Shown here: in pieces, positions 36,351-53,254 of the stretch
Position numbering within the stretch: the stretch's first letter is position 1
Layout: every line of letters starts with the position of its first letter
DNA from: Podarcis bocagei
Lineage: Eukaryota
Reading direction: 5' to 3' (one strand)
Assembly (NCBI GenBank): GCA_964188305.1
Contig: OZ076887.1
DNA length: 64,000 nt
The notes under the pieces: model-generated
Database searches by the model: none
The model's input: only the letters and a program-made list of their open reading frames with translations
Told to the model about the DNA's origin: nothing
Translations under genes and position numbers: made by a program

Positions 36351-37920
36351 CCACTGCTATTTTTTTTATATAAAAAAAGTTTTTTACATTAAATTATAAA
36401 AGAGATCCTGCCTGCATCCAGACTTTAAACCAATCCGGGAGCAAGTTTTCAAATTATGCAGAATCTCTCACTTGGCTTACTTAGGCTGCTGCTAAGACTT
36501 GTGAAGATTCTGACACACACGCTCATATTGTAAGACGGAATCATCCGTAGCCAGAGTCTGCGGAGTCCCACGGCAAGGATCTCTAAGATGTGGGCTCAGG
36601 GTCTGACTCTGCCACCCACGGAACTCTTGTGACTTTCAACAAGTCGCTGCTGGCCACTTGGAGGGGACTCTGAAGGAGAGGGGAGGCTGGAACTGACAGC
36701 TGCCAAGTTATAAATTGCCTGGGATGAAGAAATCCACGTCTCACTTGGAACATAACTGGTTCCATTGGTATTTATCATTAAATTAGAAGGGCTTTGAAGA
36801 ATCCTGCCCTTTTGTTACCGTGTTTTATATTACTGAATGAATGGTAATTTTACTGTGTGTTAGGCACAGGATGTTGAGCTACAAAGGACAGGAACCATTT
36901 TCTTTGAAGGATGAGATTTGATTCTGGGTTATTCTTTTTTCATCCTTTGCTTCCATAATTCCCGAAGTTTTCATGCACAGAGAAGGGGCTCACCCAGTTG
37001 GAAGCCTCTGTTACACCAAGCCAGATTCTGTAGGGTGTAGCTAGTCCTGTAGAAAGTCCCCAGGACAATCCACCATTTGCAGCACTACAGCTCAGAGTGT
37101 TTAGTGCTGCCTGGAAGTACAGGTATGCCCAGAAGGTTTATCAAGGAAGCAAGCCATCAAGCTTTTCCTTGCAAACCGTATATTCCACAAGGAAAAATAT
37201 CCCCTATTTTGTGAGCTGTTGCACGCTGTGTCGTGCTGTTCAGATTGTGTGACAAGGTTTGGGTTATCTCCATTGAGATGTAAAATGGACCAACCTTATT
37301 CAACTTTGTCACTCTCTGAAAGTGCTAGCCACTTTAGCCATGTGTCAAAAGTTTGGTGGCGGGGTGCCTTTGCTAAAGCTCTTCAGCATACTTCTAATTC
37401 CAGGCACAAGAGCATAATACCTTGTATATTAGCATCTTAATATGGGGATCTAGAAGTGGGTGGCCTGCACATCTTTTAAGAGGGAGTTTGATTTAAATTT
37501 GATTTTTCAAAGTGTACAGCTCCAACCCTAACCACATTTACTATAGACCAAGTACCACTGAATTCAGTGGAGCTTCCTTATTCAAAATGTGTTGGGTTGC
37601 ATTGTAAAGCCTAACCTATTACTCTGGAAGTCACTGGAGACAAATGAGACTTCATCCTAAGTAAATGTGATTCAGTTTCTCAACTCCAATAAGTTCATCT
37701 AACTGTGCTGAAGATTCAGCTGTTACTTGGTTTGCAGTTTGCAGATCTTTATTAACAATAAAGTAAACAGGTAGAAGGGGAACAGAAAATAATCTATTTT
37801 GCGGCCAGTGTAGGAACTGCTTTCTCCAGATTGATGGCCTATACACCCCCACCATGGTGGAGACACCCTGTCAGACTTCCATAGATGAGAATTCTGCCCA
37901 TAGCCTCTAAGCTTTTGTGA

Positions 37921-41657
<3,737 letters not shown>

Positions 41658-41927
41658 ACATGTTTACAAAAAAAAAAGGATCATTATTATTACTTGGTTA
41701 CTACTCTCAGGATGACGACATTGTGAGTTGCAGGCTGTTGAACACCTGCAACAGCCACCTCAACTTTCTATTTTGTAACAATGTCTTTGTTGCTGTTGCT
41801 GCAGACGCCATGTGACACTGAGTGTATGTAAAGTGTACATAAAATTAATTTATTTTACCTCATTTTGTTATTTTTCAAACCAAGCCCTGTGGAAGGAAAC
41901 CAAAAACAAAAAAATACTTCAAGAAGC

Positions 41928-41933
41928 ATTAAA
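41928..41933 (+). terminator. ACTA1 polyadenylation signal ATTAAA
   Basis: GAAGCATTAAA ends a 3'UTR block resembling recalled mammalian ACTA1 3' ends. No AATAAA lies between the stop and this site. Confidence 0.75.
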
Positions 41934-42639
41934 TCATCAGTCATTCTGTCATGCCCCAATGCAGCTGGCTTTGTGTGATTTATTGCTCTCAAATGCTGTG
42001 GGTTGTGCTATTTCAAGCCTTCCGGCTTTTTTCTTTTAAGTAGTTGCAATACATAAATGGGATGGGGAGGTGCTTTAAAAAGGGAACCCACATGATAATG
42101 ATTTGGGATTCTATAAAGAGACTTTGATTTCCAGAAATCCACACACACAGGTTTCTGTGAAGAGGGTATGCTTAAAATATACACAGAGCTGCTACTACAG
42201 ATGGCTCAGTCAGACTGAGTGATTAACCCCAGGTCACCCAGTGATAGCTAAGCAGGGATTTTAATTCATATTCAAATCTCATGCTCTCAGTCTGTACCAC
42301 ACTGGCTCTCGGGACTGTTGATGGAAAGAGGAAATTCTTTCTAAATAAGAAAAATAATTTCAGTTGCATTCTTGTGTTTCTAAAGAAACCTAGTTTCTGT
42401 CCTCACAACCAAGTTTTACAAAGATGCATAACATTCATAACAGACCCAATTGTTGCATTGTACGAACTCCTTAACGAGATAAAAGTTGTTTTCCTGCAGA
42501 ATTCAGAGACACTGTTTAAGGATATCCACAACTGCCTTATTACTAATTCAGACTAATGGCCCATATTCTTGCCTATCTGTATTGCTGGAGAGTTTCCACC
42601 AAAGATCTGTCCAAGAGTCTTGCTATGTGAGATCCTTTA

Positions 42640-42714
42640 ACTAGAGATGCCTGGAATTAAACCTGAGATATTACATATGCAAAACATGTGCTGTGCCACT
42701 CAGCTATGGCTCCT
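42640..42714 (-). mobile_element. tRNA-derived SINE head fragment
   Basis: Reverse complement GGAGCCATAGCTGAGTGGCACAGCACATG...GGTTTAATTCCAGGCATCTC has A-box-like and B-box-like motifs. Confidence 0.6.
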
Positions 42715-45700
42715 TCAATTACTGGGTGTCAAACCTAACTGAGCCAAGGACCTAAAATACCCCAGAGGGCAGGACAGATTAGCACAGCACACTTGGTGTG
42801 CAAAGGGACTTGCAGCTCCCAGCTGTTCTTTTCTTTACCATCCCCTCTAAAGGAATTGCATTAGATTCTCGCTAACGTTTTCTGAGCTACCATACAGTTG
42901 GAAAGAGTCTGAAGGTCATCTGGTCCATTTTACTTCAGCCAAAAGCCTGCCACATCCCAAGGACTCAGAGCAAGTTACAGTGTGGTATCATAAGACCATT
43001 TCCTGTTTGGAAGACCTGCAGTCTAAATGAGTTTAAAACAGAAATCACTTGCACTTTTGGCACTAAAGGGAAACTCCTTCCTGACCTGACAGCCCAGCCC
43101 TCCATTTCCATCATTCCCATTCTCTGGATTCTTAGAAGCATTTCCATCCTCCCTGAGGCAGCACCAACTTGCCTGTCCTTTGTACCTTTTCATCTCACCC
43201 ATCTACCTACCTCGCTCTTGCACACACACCCCTCTTGGCAAAGCCTGGTATAATCTAAATCTGCATTGGCTTCCCAAATCACATGTGGATCTGTGACTGA
43301 CCATCCATAGATGGCTGGGGCCCATCACTACCTTTAGCATCTTCCAAGCAGGTAAAACAGGCTTTGAAGCATCCACAAGGAAGCACAAAGATGGACTGAG
43401 CCCAGGTGGGAGCAACCAGACTTGTGGAGCCTTCGCAGAAATCCTGCTCCCATTTTCCTTCCAGGGCAAATGGGCAGTCCTTGCATGGTGATGGGATCCT
43501 TGGCAGCTTAGCCCCACTGTATGTCAAAAGCAGAGAGCAGGTGCAGACCAGAGGCCCCTTGCCAGAGGAGACTAACACAAGGACACATTCAGTAAAACAA
43601 GCTCAGATCATCAGGCTTGGTAATGAATCAAGCCAGCTTTCTCAGATGCCTTGCTGGAAATGCTGCAAACGACAGATGTCTCGATGACACAGGGTGGGAA
43701 AGGTGATACTTTCGCAAGGCTGGGCGCCTTTTGCTCTCTTTTCAGCAACAGTGGGAGCAGTTGCAGAAGCTGGACGGGATTCCTCCCGTACAAGCCCCAC
43801 ACAGAACTTCGGGAGCAAGAAACAAGAACAAAAGCCAAGCTCTTCTGCAATTCATAGAATTGTAGAGAGTTGGAAGGGACCCATCTGTTCCAAACCCCTG
43901 CAAAGCCCCTCCATCGAAACTCATGCAGGAGATGTTCCCAGTGACTTGCGTCCTTTATTCTTGGGGTGGGTGTGAAATATGTAGATCTAGCCCATGGGTC
44001 CTCCTCATCTGACCTACTTTCCCCAACCCGTGGCAATTTAGCTTAAACAACAGCTTCCCATTGGAGCCAGCAGGAATTTTAATGGGGGAGTGGAGCTCAA
44101 GAGGAACCCTCCAGTGCTGAAAATAGAATGAAAAAAGAAAAACTCCTGGTGGCTTCAACGGGAGGCTGTTTTCAAGCCCAGTTGCGTCAGAGGGGAACAT
44201 TTGGGAGTGGGAGGGTCACAGCTGGGGAGAAAGTTTATGCATTCTTGGGAAGCAACATACAGTGTAAACCGATGCCAGTGACAGATAATGGAATGTGATT
44301 CTATTAACCAGGCAACACGTACGTCAGACAAGCTGACCTTGGCAAACTGGAAGGGAGCAGAACTGAGGAATTTGGTGCTTCACAATGTTACCAGGAGGCA
44401 GTATCACCTGAGCAAAGCGGCTCCTTCTGAACTGGTTTCTCGGCACACTCAGAGTTAAGCCTCAGGTTCTCCTCAGGTGCCAAAATGTTTTGGGCCAGCC
44501 CTGTATGGGGATAATACAGGGCATTTGTAAGGACTGCAAGAAGAAAATGCATGGGAAGTGCTTTGAACACTTGAAAGCTCTATGCAAATATAACGATAAT
44601 GACTGCTGTTACTATTACTACTATTCCTGAGTTTTACTAGGGTGTCCCATTCTCCTATATCACAGGGCTGATAGGAGCACCAAATGTCTCTACTTAGGCT
44701 TCAGAGAATTTACAGGCTGAACTTGGTGAAGACCTATTTATCCAGCTTGGAACAAAAAACAGAAATGTTTTCAATTGTTTCTGGGGATGTACAGAGAGTG
44801 GGCACCTGTTGTTTGTTGACAGGCCTGCTATTCCACAGAACAGGGGCAGCCCTGCTTCTGAGATCTTTGGAACATGCAGGAGAAACCCTCATGCAGACCG
44901 CAGGGCTCTTCTCTAAAGTATTCCAAGAGTGCTTTGCAAATATATGCCACCGGCTTCCCGTCAACATGCGGAATGCTTATTTCACAAGTCAGATATAGCA
45001 AGGCAGCAGGGCTTTAAAAATAGAGAGGCCTGGCTTGCAGACCAAGGAAAGCTGCCCAGGAGGTTCTTGCTTGCCTGCCGCCTGCTTTCAAAATTTCATT
45101 GTGCAAATCTTCACATTATCCAGATAGTTGCCGTACATCCAGCACACGTGTAATTCCATCCTATTTCAGGGAGCAACGTCTTCAGAATCAGACCCTGCTT
45201 GCCCCTCTCGGTTTGACTTGCCCCCTTCTTGTGGCCCCAGACTTCCGTGAAGTCAGCCTGTGCTTATTGGTGGACCATAGAACTGCATAATCTTCCTGCT
45301 ATTCCTATCGCCCTTCCTGAGTCTGGAGGGCATTGCTGGTTGAAGGGATATATATGGAAAGGAAGGAAGGAAGGTGCCTTCAGCCCAGTGCTTTTCTTCT
45401 TGAAAAAAACAGTGCTGGTACTCACCATGAAGTTGTTACAGTGAGTGCCACACTTTTAACCAGCGCTTTGCTTCTAGGGGGGGAAAAAGAGGTGCCAGTA
45501 TTGCATCCCCCAGAAAAAAGCACTGGTGGTGGTTATTGGGATGGTAGCATGGAAGGCAGAGAGGCTAACAGTGGCTGGAGCCAGAGCCAAGGACTGGCAA
45601 GCGAAGTAGTTCTTGGGGGGGTTGTCCCCATTCTCCTCCCTGCTGTGTTCTACAGGGAAAATCTGGAGACTAAGAAGGAGCCACCACTTGGACTGGTTGT

Positions 45701-46204
45701 GTGTAAAAAGGCAGGCGGGTTGGGGTTGCCTGAGGTTGAACAGATCAGCTTCCACTGTGTGCAACGGATCAGGGTCCACGGGTCAGTGGCAGAATGAGCT
45801 ACTTGCATTCAGAAGGCCCTGAGTTCAGCTTCTGACACCTCCAGCTGAAATGATCAGAGTTGGCTTCATCAGGACCAGGAGGAGCAAATCGCATCGCCTG
45901 TCACAAGATCCATTTAGAAACAAACCAGAGCCTATGCTGAGCCGGTGTACGCACTACGGATGAATTCAGCGTAGCACTAAGGAGATTGTTCTGTCAACAT
46001 AAGAATTCCGCTTGACTAGCAAAACTATCTCCCCTTTCCTCTCTCCTGCACGCTGTTCTGGGGGTTCCCACAACCTTCCAGAGCAGATTGGGGGGTGTGG
46101 CGTGGCGTGCGGCTGCACCGGGAGAGGAGAGTGAGGGGAAGCTCCATTGTGCTAGGAACAGCCCTTGGGCTAACATTCACTAACGGAACTGAGTAGCTGA
46201 ATCT

Positions 46205-46440
46205 GGCCCTATACCTTTAAAGTCTAGTTGAAACACACTGCCCACCTCAGAGAATTCTGGGCACTGGGCACACTCCTCTCTTGTTTGCCGAGACAGACGG
46301 ATGGGTTAAGGGTTTGCTAAGGGTTAAGGGTTGCTAGGAATTGTAGCTCTATGGGGGATAAGCTACAGTGCCCAGAATTCTTTGCAGGGGAGGAATGTTT
46401 CTTGAATGTGCTTTAAAGTTATAGTGTGTATATGCAGCCT
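46205..46440. mobile_element. Degenerate palindromic MITE
   Basis: Inverted arms TATACCTTTAAAG...GAATTCTGGGCACTG and CAGTGCCCAGAATTC...CTTTAAAGTTATA. Confidence 0.6.
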
Positions 46441-46954
46441 GAGTCTCCAGGATAGGGAAACAGCCTCTATGGAAACCAATAGGTCGTAAGTTGAAATCTA
46501 AGGCTCTTCTGGGATATTAGCTTGAATAAAAAGGAATTTACCACATACAAAGGCTCTAAGCTCCTGAACTTTCTGCTGGGCCACTGTTTAGCTGGAGGTC
46601 TCAAGTCTTCTTTGCACAAGGGAATTCTATATGAAAATCACTTCCCCCTCCTGGGGCGACCACCAAGCTGTTACTGTGTTGATGAGAATCTGAGTGTTGA
46701 GAACGTTTCTGTGGCTTGAAACCTTTCAACAACAAAAAAAGATACCTGAGGATTACCAGAAGTTCTCCGTTACATGAAGACCTTTGGCAACATTGCAGTT
46801 CATACTGGATTACCATAAGGCTCTGTTGGTTATAGAGGCAGCCTCAAACCTTTTATTTCAGAGTAGTTTAAATATAGTAGCCAAGATATTTGCCTTATGC
46901 TAGGACATTAGCCTTCATAGTAGATTGCTCTTTCAGGGCCAAACTAGATGATAA

Positions 46955-47506
46955 TGTTGTACACCACCCCTGTTTCCAAGCGGGGCATGATTTCAAGGGT
47001 TCCAGGCGCTTACCAAGGATTTGTCTTTCTTTTGGAATGAGGGACAGCGGAGACTGTGATGTCTTTATGATATATGGTTTATTTACTCATATATACAACC
47101 TGAGCCTACAATGGAGGGGCTCACGGCATTAGCACCCCAAGATGGCCTTGCTTCTCCCATAGCCACAACCTTGGATTCAAGCAGAAATCAGGCATGGCTC
47201 TGTCTCTCTCTCTCTGGCTTCCCAGCCTGCACCTTTGCTTCTAGCTTCTAGCTCACACACCTTAACTCTTCTCTTTGTCTTTGTCTTTCTAAGTACCAGC
47301 ATGTTTTGGGGGAGGAGGGGAGCATTTGTCTTCTCGCTACATCCTTTGTTTCTTAGGTACCTGAGGTACCTTAGGTACCTTTGTTACCCATACTAAGGCC
47401 ATCAACTCATCAGGAAGCTAACCGGGCTATTCCAAGAATTGAATCTGTGCTGGATCCAGGAATTTGAAGGGGGGTCAGGCATACACCCCCCCCCCGGTTT
47501 ATAACA
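46955..47506 (-). mobile_element. Probable solo LTR
   Basis: TGTTGTA...TATAACA termini, near-identical 4-bp flanks ATAA/ATAT, and a minus-strand AATAAA (TTTATT 47078-47083). Confidence 0.5.
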
Positions 47507-48450
47507 ATATGTTAGTTCATCTGATGCAGCTACTTGGGGCAGAAAAATATATGGGCTGAACCAAGGAGTCTGAACATGTACAAGGAAGCAAGCAAGCAAG
47601 CAGGTATGTACCATTGCTAATGCCTGATGATGTATACTTGTTTGATTCAGTCACCAGTTTTAGCCCTGGCGGAGTTATATCAGAAAAGTGTACATTGCTG
47701 TTCGAGGTGCCTAACCCATGAAGCTGAAAGGTTTGCACTCTTCCCGCTAACAAAACCACATTTCAGCCACTCCACTTGGATTAGCAACAGCAAAGGTTAT
47801 GTTTTTTTATCATCATCAAGCCCCACCTCCAAGATAAATTGGGGTGGTGGCCACAGCTAGAAAGGGCCTGGACACCGGGTGAAGGAATACAATGGGAACA
47901 TTAATGGGAATCTGTCTTCACTGTGAGCTACCATTAGCGCTTTTCTATTTTGGGAATACAGAGTGAGCTTCATAGGGGGGTGTCCCATACGTGACAGCTG
48001 ATCAGACAGAGACGCCGAGTGGGGGATGCCATTTAGCATTACAGAGCACTGAGGCCACAAGCCCAGAAGGGAACAGATGTGCCACATTTGTGGTCATCGC
48101 TGATGAATGGCTGGATGTTATACAGACCAAAAAGAAGCAGACTGCAAGGTTGCCTGTGCTGGAAAAGGACAGGATGACTTAACTCAAAAGAGTGATTAAT
48201 GTTCCTTTTAACTGCGGCAGCACCTGCTTTTTCTGACTCTACACTTCCAAGGGTTTGAAGTTTTGGCTTACGGCAGAAGACATTACAGGTCATAGTCACA
48301 TTAATAAGAAGAGCTTGCTCCATCAGGCCAATGACCCATCTGGTCCAGCCTTCTTAAATAAATAAGAACCTCTGCTTTCAAGTTGTAATGGAATGGAGAG
48401 GGGTGGCAGGATCCTTGGGTTCAACTGACATCACGGTCACCAGAAAGGAG

Positions 48451-48745
48451 ATAGAATCATAGAATCATAGAATCATAGAATTGGAAGAGACCACAAGGGC
48501 CATCGAGTCCAACCCCCTGCCAAGCAGGAAACACCATCAGAGCACTCCTGACATATGGTTGTCAAGCCTCTGCTTAAAGACCTCCAAAGAAGGAGACTCC
48601 ACCACACTCCTTGGCAGCAAATTCCACTGTCGAACAGCTCTTACTGTCGGGAAGTTCTTCCTAATGTTTAGGTGGAATCTTCTTTCTTGTAGTTTGGATC
48701 CATTGCTCCGTGTCCGCTTCTCTGGAGCAGCAGAAAACAACCTTT
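48451..48745 (-). mobile_element. CR1 LINE 3' end
   Basis: (ATTCTATG)n tail on the minus strand and the typical CR1 ORF2 C-terminus RTRSNGSKLQERRFHLNIRKNF...SPSLEVFKQRLDNHMSGVL-stop. Confidence 0.92.
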
Positions 48746-49787
48746 CTCCCTCCATTAGTTTGTAATGGTTTTATTAAGATGGGTATGGTGATCAGAATGT
48801 TGGAGGACAAGTGGAGTGAAGCCATGAAGCTGGGATTGGGACTGCTCATCAAGCTACTCTAAGGCCCTTTTGCTAGGCCACACCAATGTGCTACGCAATC
48901 CCAGAATTATGCCCCAGCGTTCTTTGCGACCATTTGAGTGATCCTCAGTTGCACCTGCTGGACCGCATGCTTCTTCACTGGCACACCTACAAACATGGCC
49001 ACTTGGGGAATGCTTGTATTGTCCAGCCAGGGCTTGGATGTGATGCTAATTGGGTGTAGTCATTGGACTAGGTTGGGAGACTCAGGTTCAGGTCTGCACT
49101 TGGCCCTGGAGTTCGCTGGGTGATTTTGGGGTAGTCACCGTCTTTCAGCCTAAGCTACCTCAAACAGTTGTTGTGAGGATAAAAAAATGGATAGTGAGAG
49201 AATCAAGTATGCCTCCTTGGAGGAAATATGGGATATAAATGGGTTTTTTTTTAAGGAGTCCCCTGTTACAAGTCGAAGGGCAATCGAGTTCCCTAAATTC
49301 CAGATAACTTGAGGAAATTACAAACAATTACCTTATGGAATGTTGTTATGGAACTCAGGACAAGGGTGAACAAAACAAAGTATGTAAATCCATTTATTCC
49401 GTTTATAAACCCTGTTATGATTGAGTGTCACCTTCTGAGCTGGACAGAAGTCTTTGTTACTCATTAAATGTTGCCCTAGGAGGGGAATGAAATGTTTACT
49501 TCTGGTATTTCTATCTCAAGCATCCGTAAGCGCAGATCTCCACCAGAGGCAGGGAAAATCTCAACTGGCAGGCTGCATGCTATTGTTATACCAAGGTATT
49601 CTATGCCTTTTTATAATCCATTCCAGGAATTTACTTGGCGAGATGAAAGAGGAGATTACTCTTTCCTTCGGAGCAAAGAATATATACAAATGGTTGCTAT
49701 ATTTAGAAACCATACTCTGTTTTTATTGAGTTCATTCACGTTAGACAGGGTGCTTTCAGACTGATGCCTAAGACTGCCAACAGGTCA

Positions 49788-50798
49788 GGACAGGAAAATT
49801 GGCTTCCAGGTGGAGAAATCCAAACTAGAAACAGAACTGTTAGAACCCAATACTAAGAATTTGTCAAGAATGTATAACTTGTTGCTGAAATGGAATACAC
49901 AAGATGAAACTGTTAAATCAGCTATGATTAAGTGGGCACAAGACATTGGTCATAATATTATGTTTGCTGACTGGGAACAGTTGTGGACCACCAGTATAAA
50001 ATTCACGGCATGTAATGCCTTAAGAGAGAATATTATGAAAATGATTTACAGGTGGTACATGACCCCAGTCAAGCTCGCAAAGATCTACCATTTGCCCGAT
50101 AATAAATGCTGGAAATGTAAAGAAACTGAAGGTACTTTTTACCACCTTTGGTGGACGTGCCCGAAGATTAAGGCTTTCTGGGAAATGATATATAATGAAA
50201 TGAAAAAGGTACTTAAGTGTACTTTTCCCAAGAAACCAGAGGCCTTTCTCCTGGGCATTGTCGGCCAATTGGTGTTAAAGAAAGATAGGACTTTTTTATG
50301 TATGCTACTACAGCAGCAAGAATTCTCGTCGCAAAGTATTGGAAGACAACAGGATCTACCTACTCTGGAAGAATGGCAGATGAAGGTGATAGACTATATG
50401 GGAATGGCTGAAATGACTGGCAGAATCCGAGACCAAGGGAGAGAGACGGTGGAAGAAGATTGGAAGAAATTCAAAATTTATCTTAAGAAATATTGCAAAG
50501 TTACTGAGTGCTAAAATGTTGAGGGTATAGAAAAAAAGGGGATTACAGCTGTATAAGGTTAAGTAAAAGAAAAGAACAAGGGAAAATTAGATAAACTTAA
50601 GGGGGGATTTGCTGAAACTAATTTGGAAATTGGGATGCAGAAAGGGGAGGTATGGGGAAGTCGGTGAAGTAAGGTTTAAGAAAAAAGGATTCGAAATTAT
50701 ACATGTTTGTTTATGTGTTTGTATATTTGTATTGTGTATTGTGTATTGTTTGTCTTTACATAAATTGTGAAAAACCAATAAAAAATTTATATATAAAA
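49788..50798 (+). mobile_element. 5'-truncated L1-clade LINE with TSD
   Basis: ORF2 C-terminus 49810-50514 with a CX2CX8HX4C knuckle (CWKCKETEGTFYHLWWTC), 3'UTR, AATAAA at 50777 and an A-rich tail. TSD AAGACTGCCAACAGGTCA at 49770-49787 and 50799-50816. Confidence 0.92.
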
Positions 50799-51608
50799 AA
50801 GACTGCCAACAGGTCATTCAGATACCATACACTGGTCATTGGCAACAGCCTTTAAAAAAACAAAACCAAAAACTTACCGGCTTTTCCACAGACTGGGCAA
50901 ATCCTGATTAACTGGTGAAAAAATATATCTACAGTACTGGCATTTTGATGCAAATAAAGTCCCATAGATGCTGGAGAAAACAGAAGCAGTACTGAACCCA
51001 CAATACATATTCATTTGGAAGGATTCCTAGTAAATAAGCTGTTTTTGATACTGACCAAAAGGGCAATATGATGAAACAACAATAGACTGGGAGAAAATGT
51101 TCCATATTGTTTGAACTCCATTTCAGTGGGGAAATTCAGAGACAATGGACAATTCAGGGACAACAGTAATGCAGAGTGGACTGCCACAGAAACTATGAAC
51201 CCCACTAACACTTTTATTCCTAGTTGTCATAGTACAAGTGGGAGCTGCAACAATGTTTTGCATCTTCTGTTCAAGGTTCCACCCCCTTCCATTCCATCTC
51301 CCCCCTCCCAGTTTTTAACCCTTTGCATACCATCAGCATTCTATGCCCATTGAGCATTCTGTCCCCAATCATCTGCTTGTGGAAAAGATATCCAAAGTAC
51401 GTAGATAGAGTAAAAATACAAGGGGAGGGGGCTCCAATTTTCACCAGAGGGGTTGGACACAATTTCAGGGCCTAACAGTTGGTCATCTGCAGATGATCCA
51501 GACAGAACTCAAGGATGTGCGTAGGACTGTTCTTAGAACAGCACCGGTTTAGACAGGTGGCACATTATATTTTCTTTGAAATCAATTGAACATTCAAGTT
51601 TAATAGTA

Positions 51609-51845
51609 CAGTGGTACCTCAGTTTACGAACAGTCCTGTTTACGAACTATTCGGTTTACGAACTCCGCAAATCCGGAAGTAGTGTTCTGGTTAGCAAACT
51701 TTACCTCTGTCTATGAATGGAAGCTGAACAGTGGACGGGCACTGGCAGCGGGAGGCCTCATTAGGGAAAGCGCGCCTCAGTTTAAGAACAGATTTAGTTT
51801 AAGAATGGACTTCAGGAATGGATTAAATTCGTAAACCAAGGTACT
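51609..51845. mobile_element. CAGTGGTACCTC-family MITE (right TIR degraded)
   Basis: Starts TA|CAGTGGTACCTC; internal similarity to the 61738 copy. Confidence 0.8.
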
Positions 51846-53254
51846 TGGGTGTACCAAACATCCTTTGGATGTCACCTCCCCCCCATTGCCCAAATAAAGC
51901 CAATCTGTTGTCCCTCTTGGGACATATTTCAAACGGGTCGTTCAGCAGTCCCTATTTTAGGGCAACCATCCTTCCCTTTCTGACGCTGGCAGAGACGCAG
52001 CCTACGGCTGACAAAATCACACTGACACATAAATTTGCACGCCTCCCTCCCACGCGACGCAGCACACAGCCCAGCTGTTGTCATCTCTTATCCCGGAGGA
52101 TTGCAAACAGGCAGTGTGGGTAATGACTGCAAGGCTGCACAGGCAAATATATAATCTTAACATGGCTAACTGAGCCTTCCAAGAAATGTGTGACTCTGAG
52201 AAATACGATCTCTGCGCTTATTTTCTCCTGCAGAATGATTTCACCTAGGAGGTGGGGTGTTTGGCTCTATGGGTCTAACAAACTGCCATAGTTGGGGAGG
52301 GGAAGGAATGGACCTTAACTGGTGTCTCTAAGAGTTCTTTGCCTTCCACTTTTTGCTGTTGCTTCTTTGTGAGGCTATGATCATTCTTCCAATTACTTTG
52401 CATATGATTCAAAACAGAGTGGACTGTGGGGGGTGCTGTAAAACAGAAACAAAAGCAGTCCAGCAGGGGAAAAGAATGATCTGAACTTTGCAAGCCTTCC
52501 ATTTGTAGGGAACAATTTTTTAAAATGTGGGACTCACCTCCAGCCTGAAGTGGTAACATCCATTGCACCACCCCAGGATTGTATTATTTCATTCCGCTAT
52601 TGGTGTTGACCAGGAATTCCACTGTAAGGGAGAGATTTCATTGATTTCAATAGAATATACCCTGTGAAACGGAAAGTTGACATGAATTTGGAGTGAAATG
52701 CATATTGGAGTTGTCTGCGGTGCAGCTACCCCAATGTGGTGAGCTATGAGAGCTGCAACTTGGAGCATTTTCCAAGCCATCAGGCATTCTCAGGCTCGGG
52801 ATTGACCCTATCCACTGGGCCTTCCTGGACAGAAAGGGCTATAAAAGGCTTTCTAATTGGTCTTGAACGTTGCCTGAGCAACCAAGTCTTCCAGGTTCTG
52901 GGTGATTCCCAGGTTCACCTCTAACAACTATCTAAGGCTCATCCTTGACACATACTCAAGCATATTATTCTAATACGAGCTATAATATTACCCTAATGTG
53001 ATTTTGCCCAAAAAGTCTGGTTATGGATGCTGTTCAGCTTTAGGAGAATTTAAATAAGTTGTAAAAAATCTCATATAATTCAACATTTATTCATAACTGG
53101 GTTCCTAGTGGGGAGTGGGGGGGGGGAAGAGTGAAGATTTTAAGAAAAGTGCCTAAACATTAGTTGTTATTCAGCTAAAGCTAATCAGAACTATATCCCA
53201 TTTGAGTTAATGACACAGCTTTGCTGCCACTAACTTAAATCCCACTGCACCTTA

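Noticed and set aside
35410-36392. Cluster of 75-184 aa ORFs over the ACTA1 promoter
   Set aside because: GC-content artefacts; the promoter motifs and non-coding exon 1 explain the region.
46303-46332. Telomere-like GGGTTAAGGGTT repeats
   Set aside because: Not a (TTAGGG)n array; a short local duplication inside a MITE.
49810-50514. 234-aa ORF as a novel host gene
   Set aside because: It is the C-terminus of an L1 ORF2 inside a TSD-bounded, 5'-truncated insertion with no ATG start or promoter.
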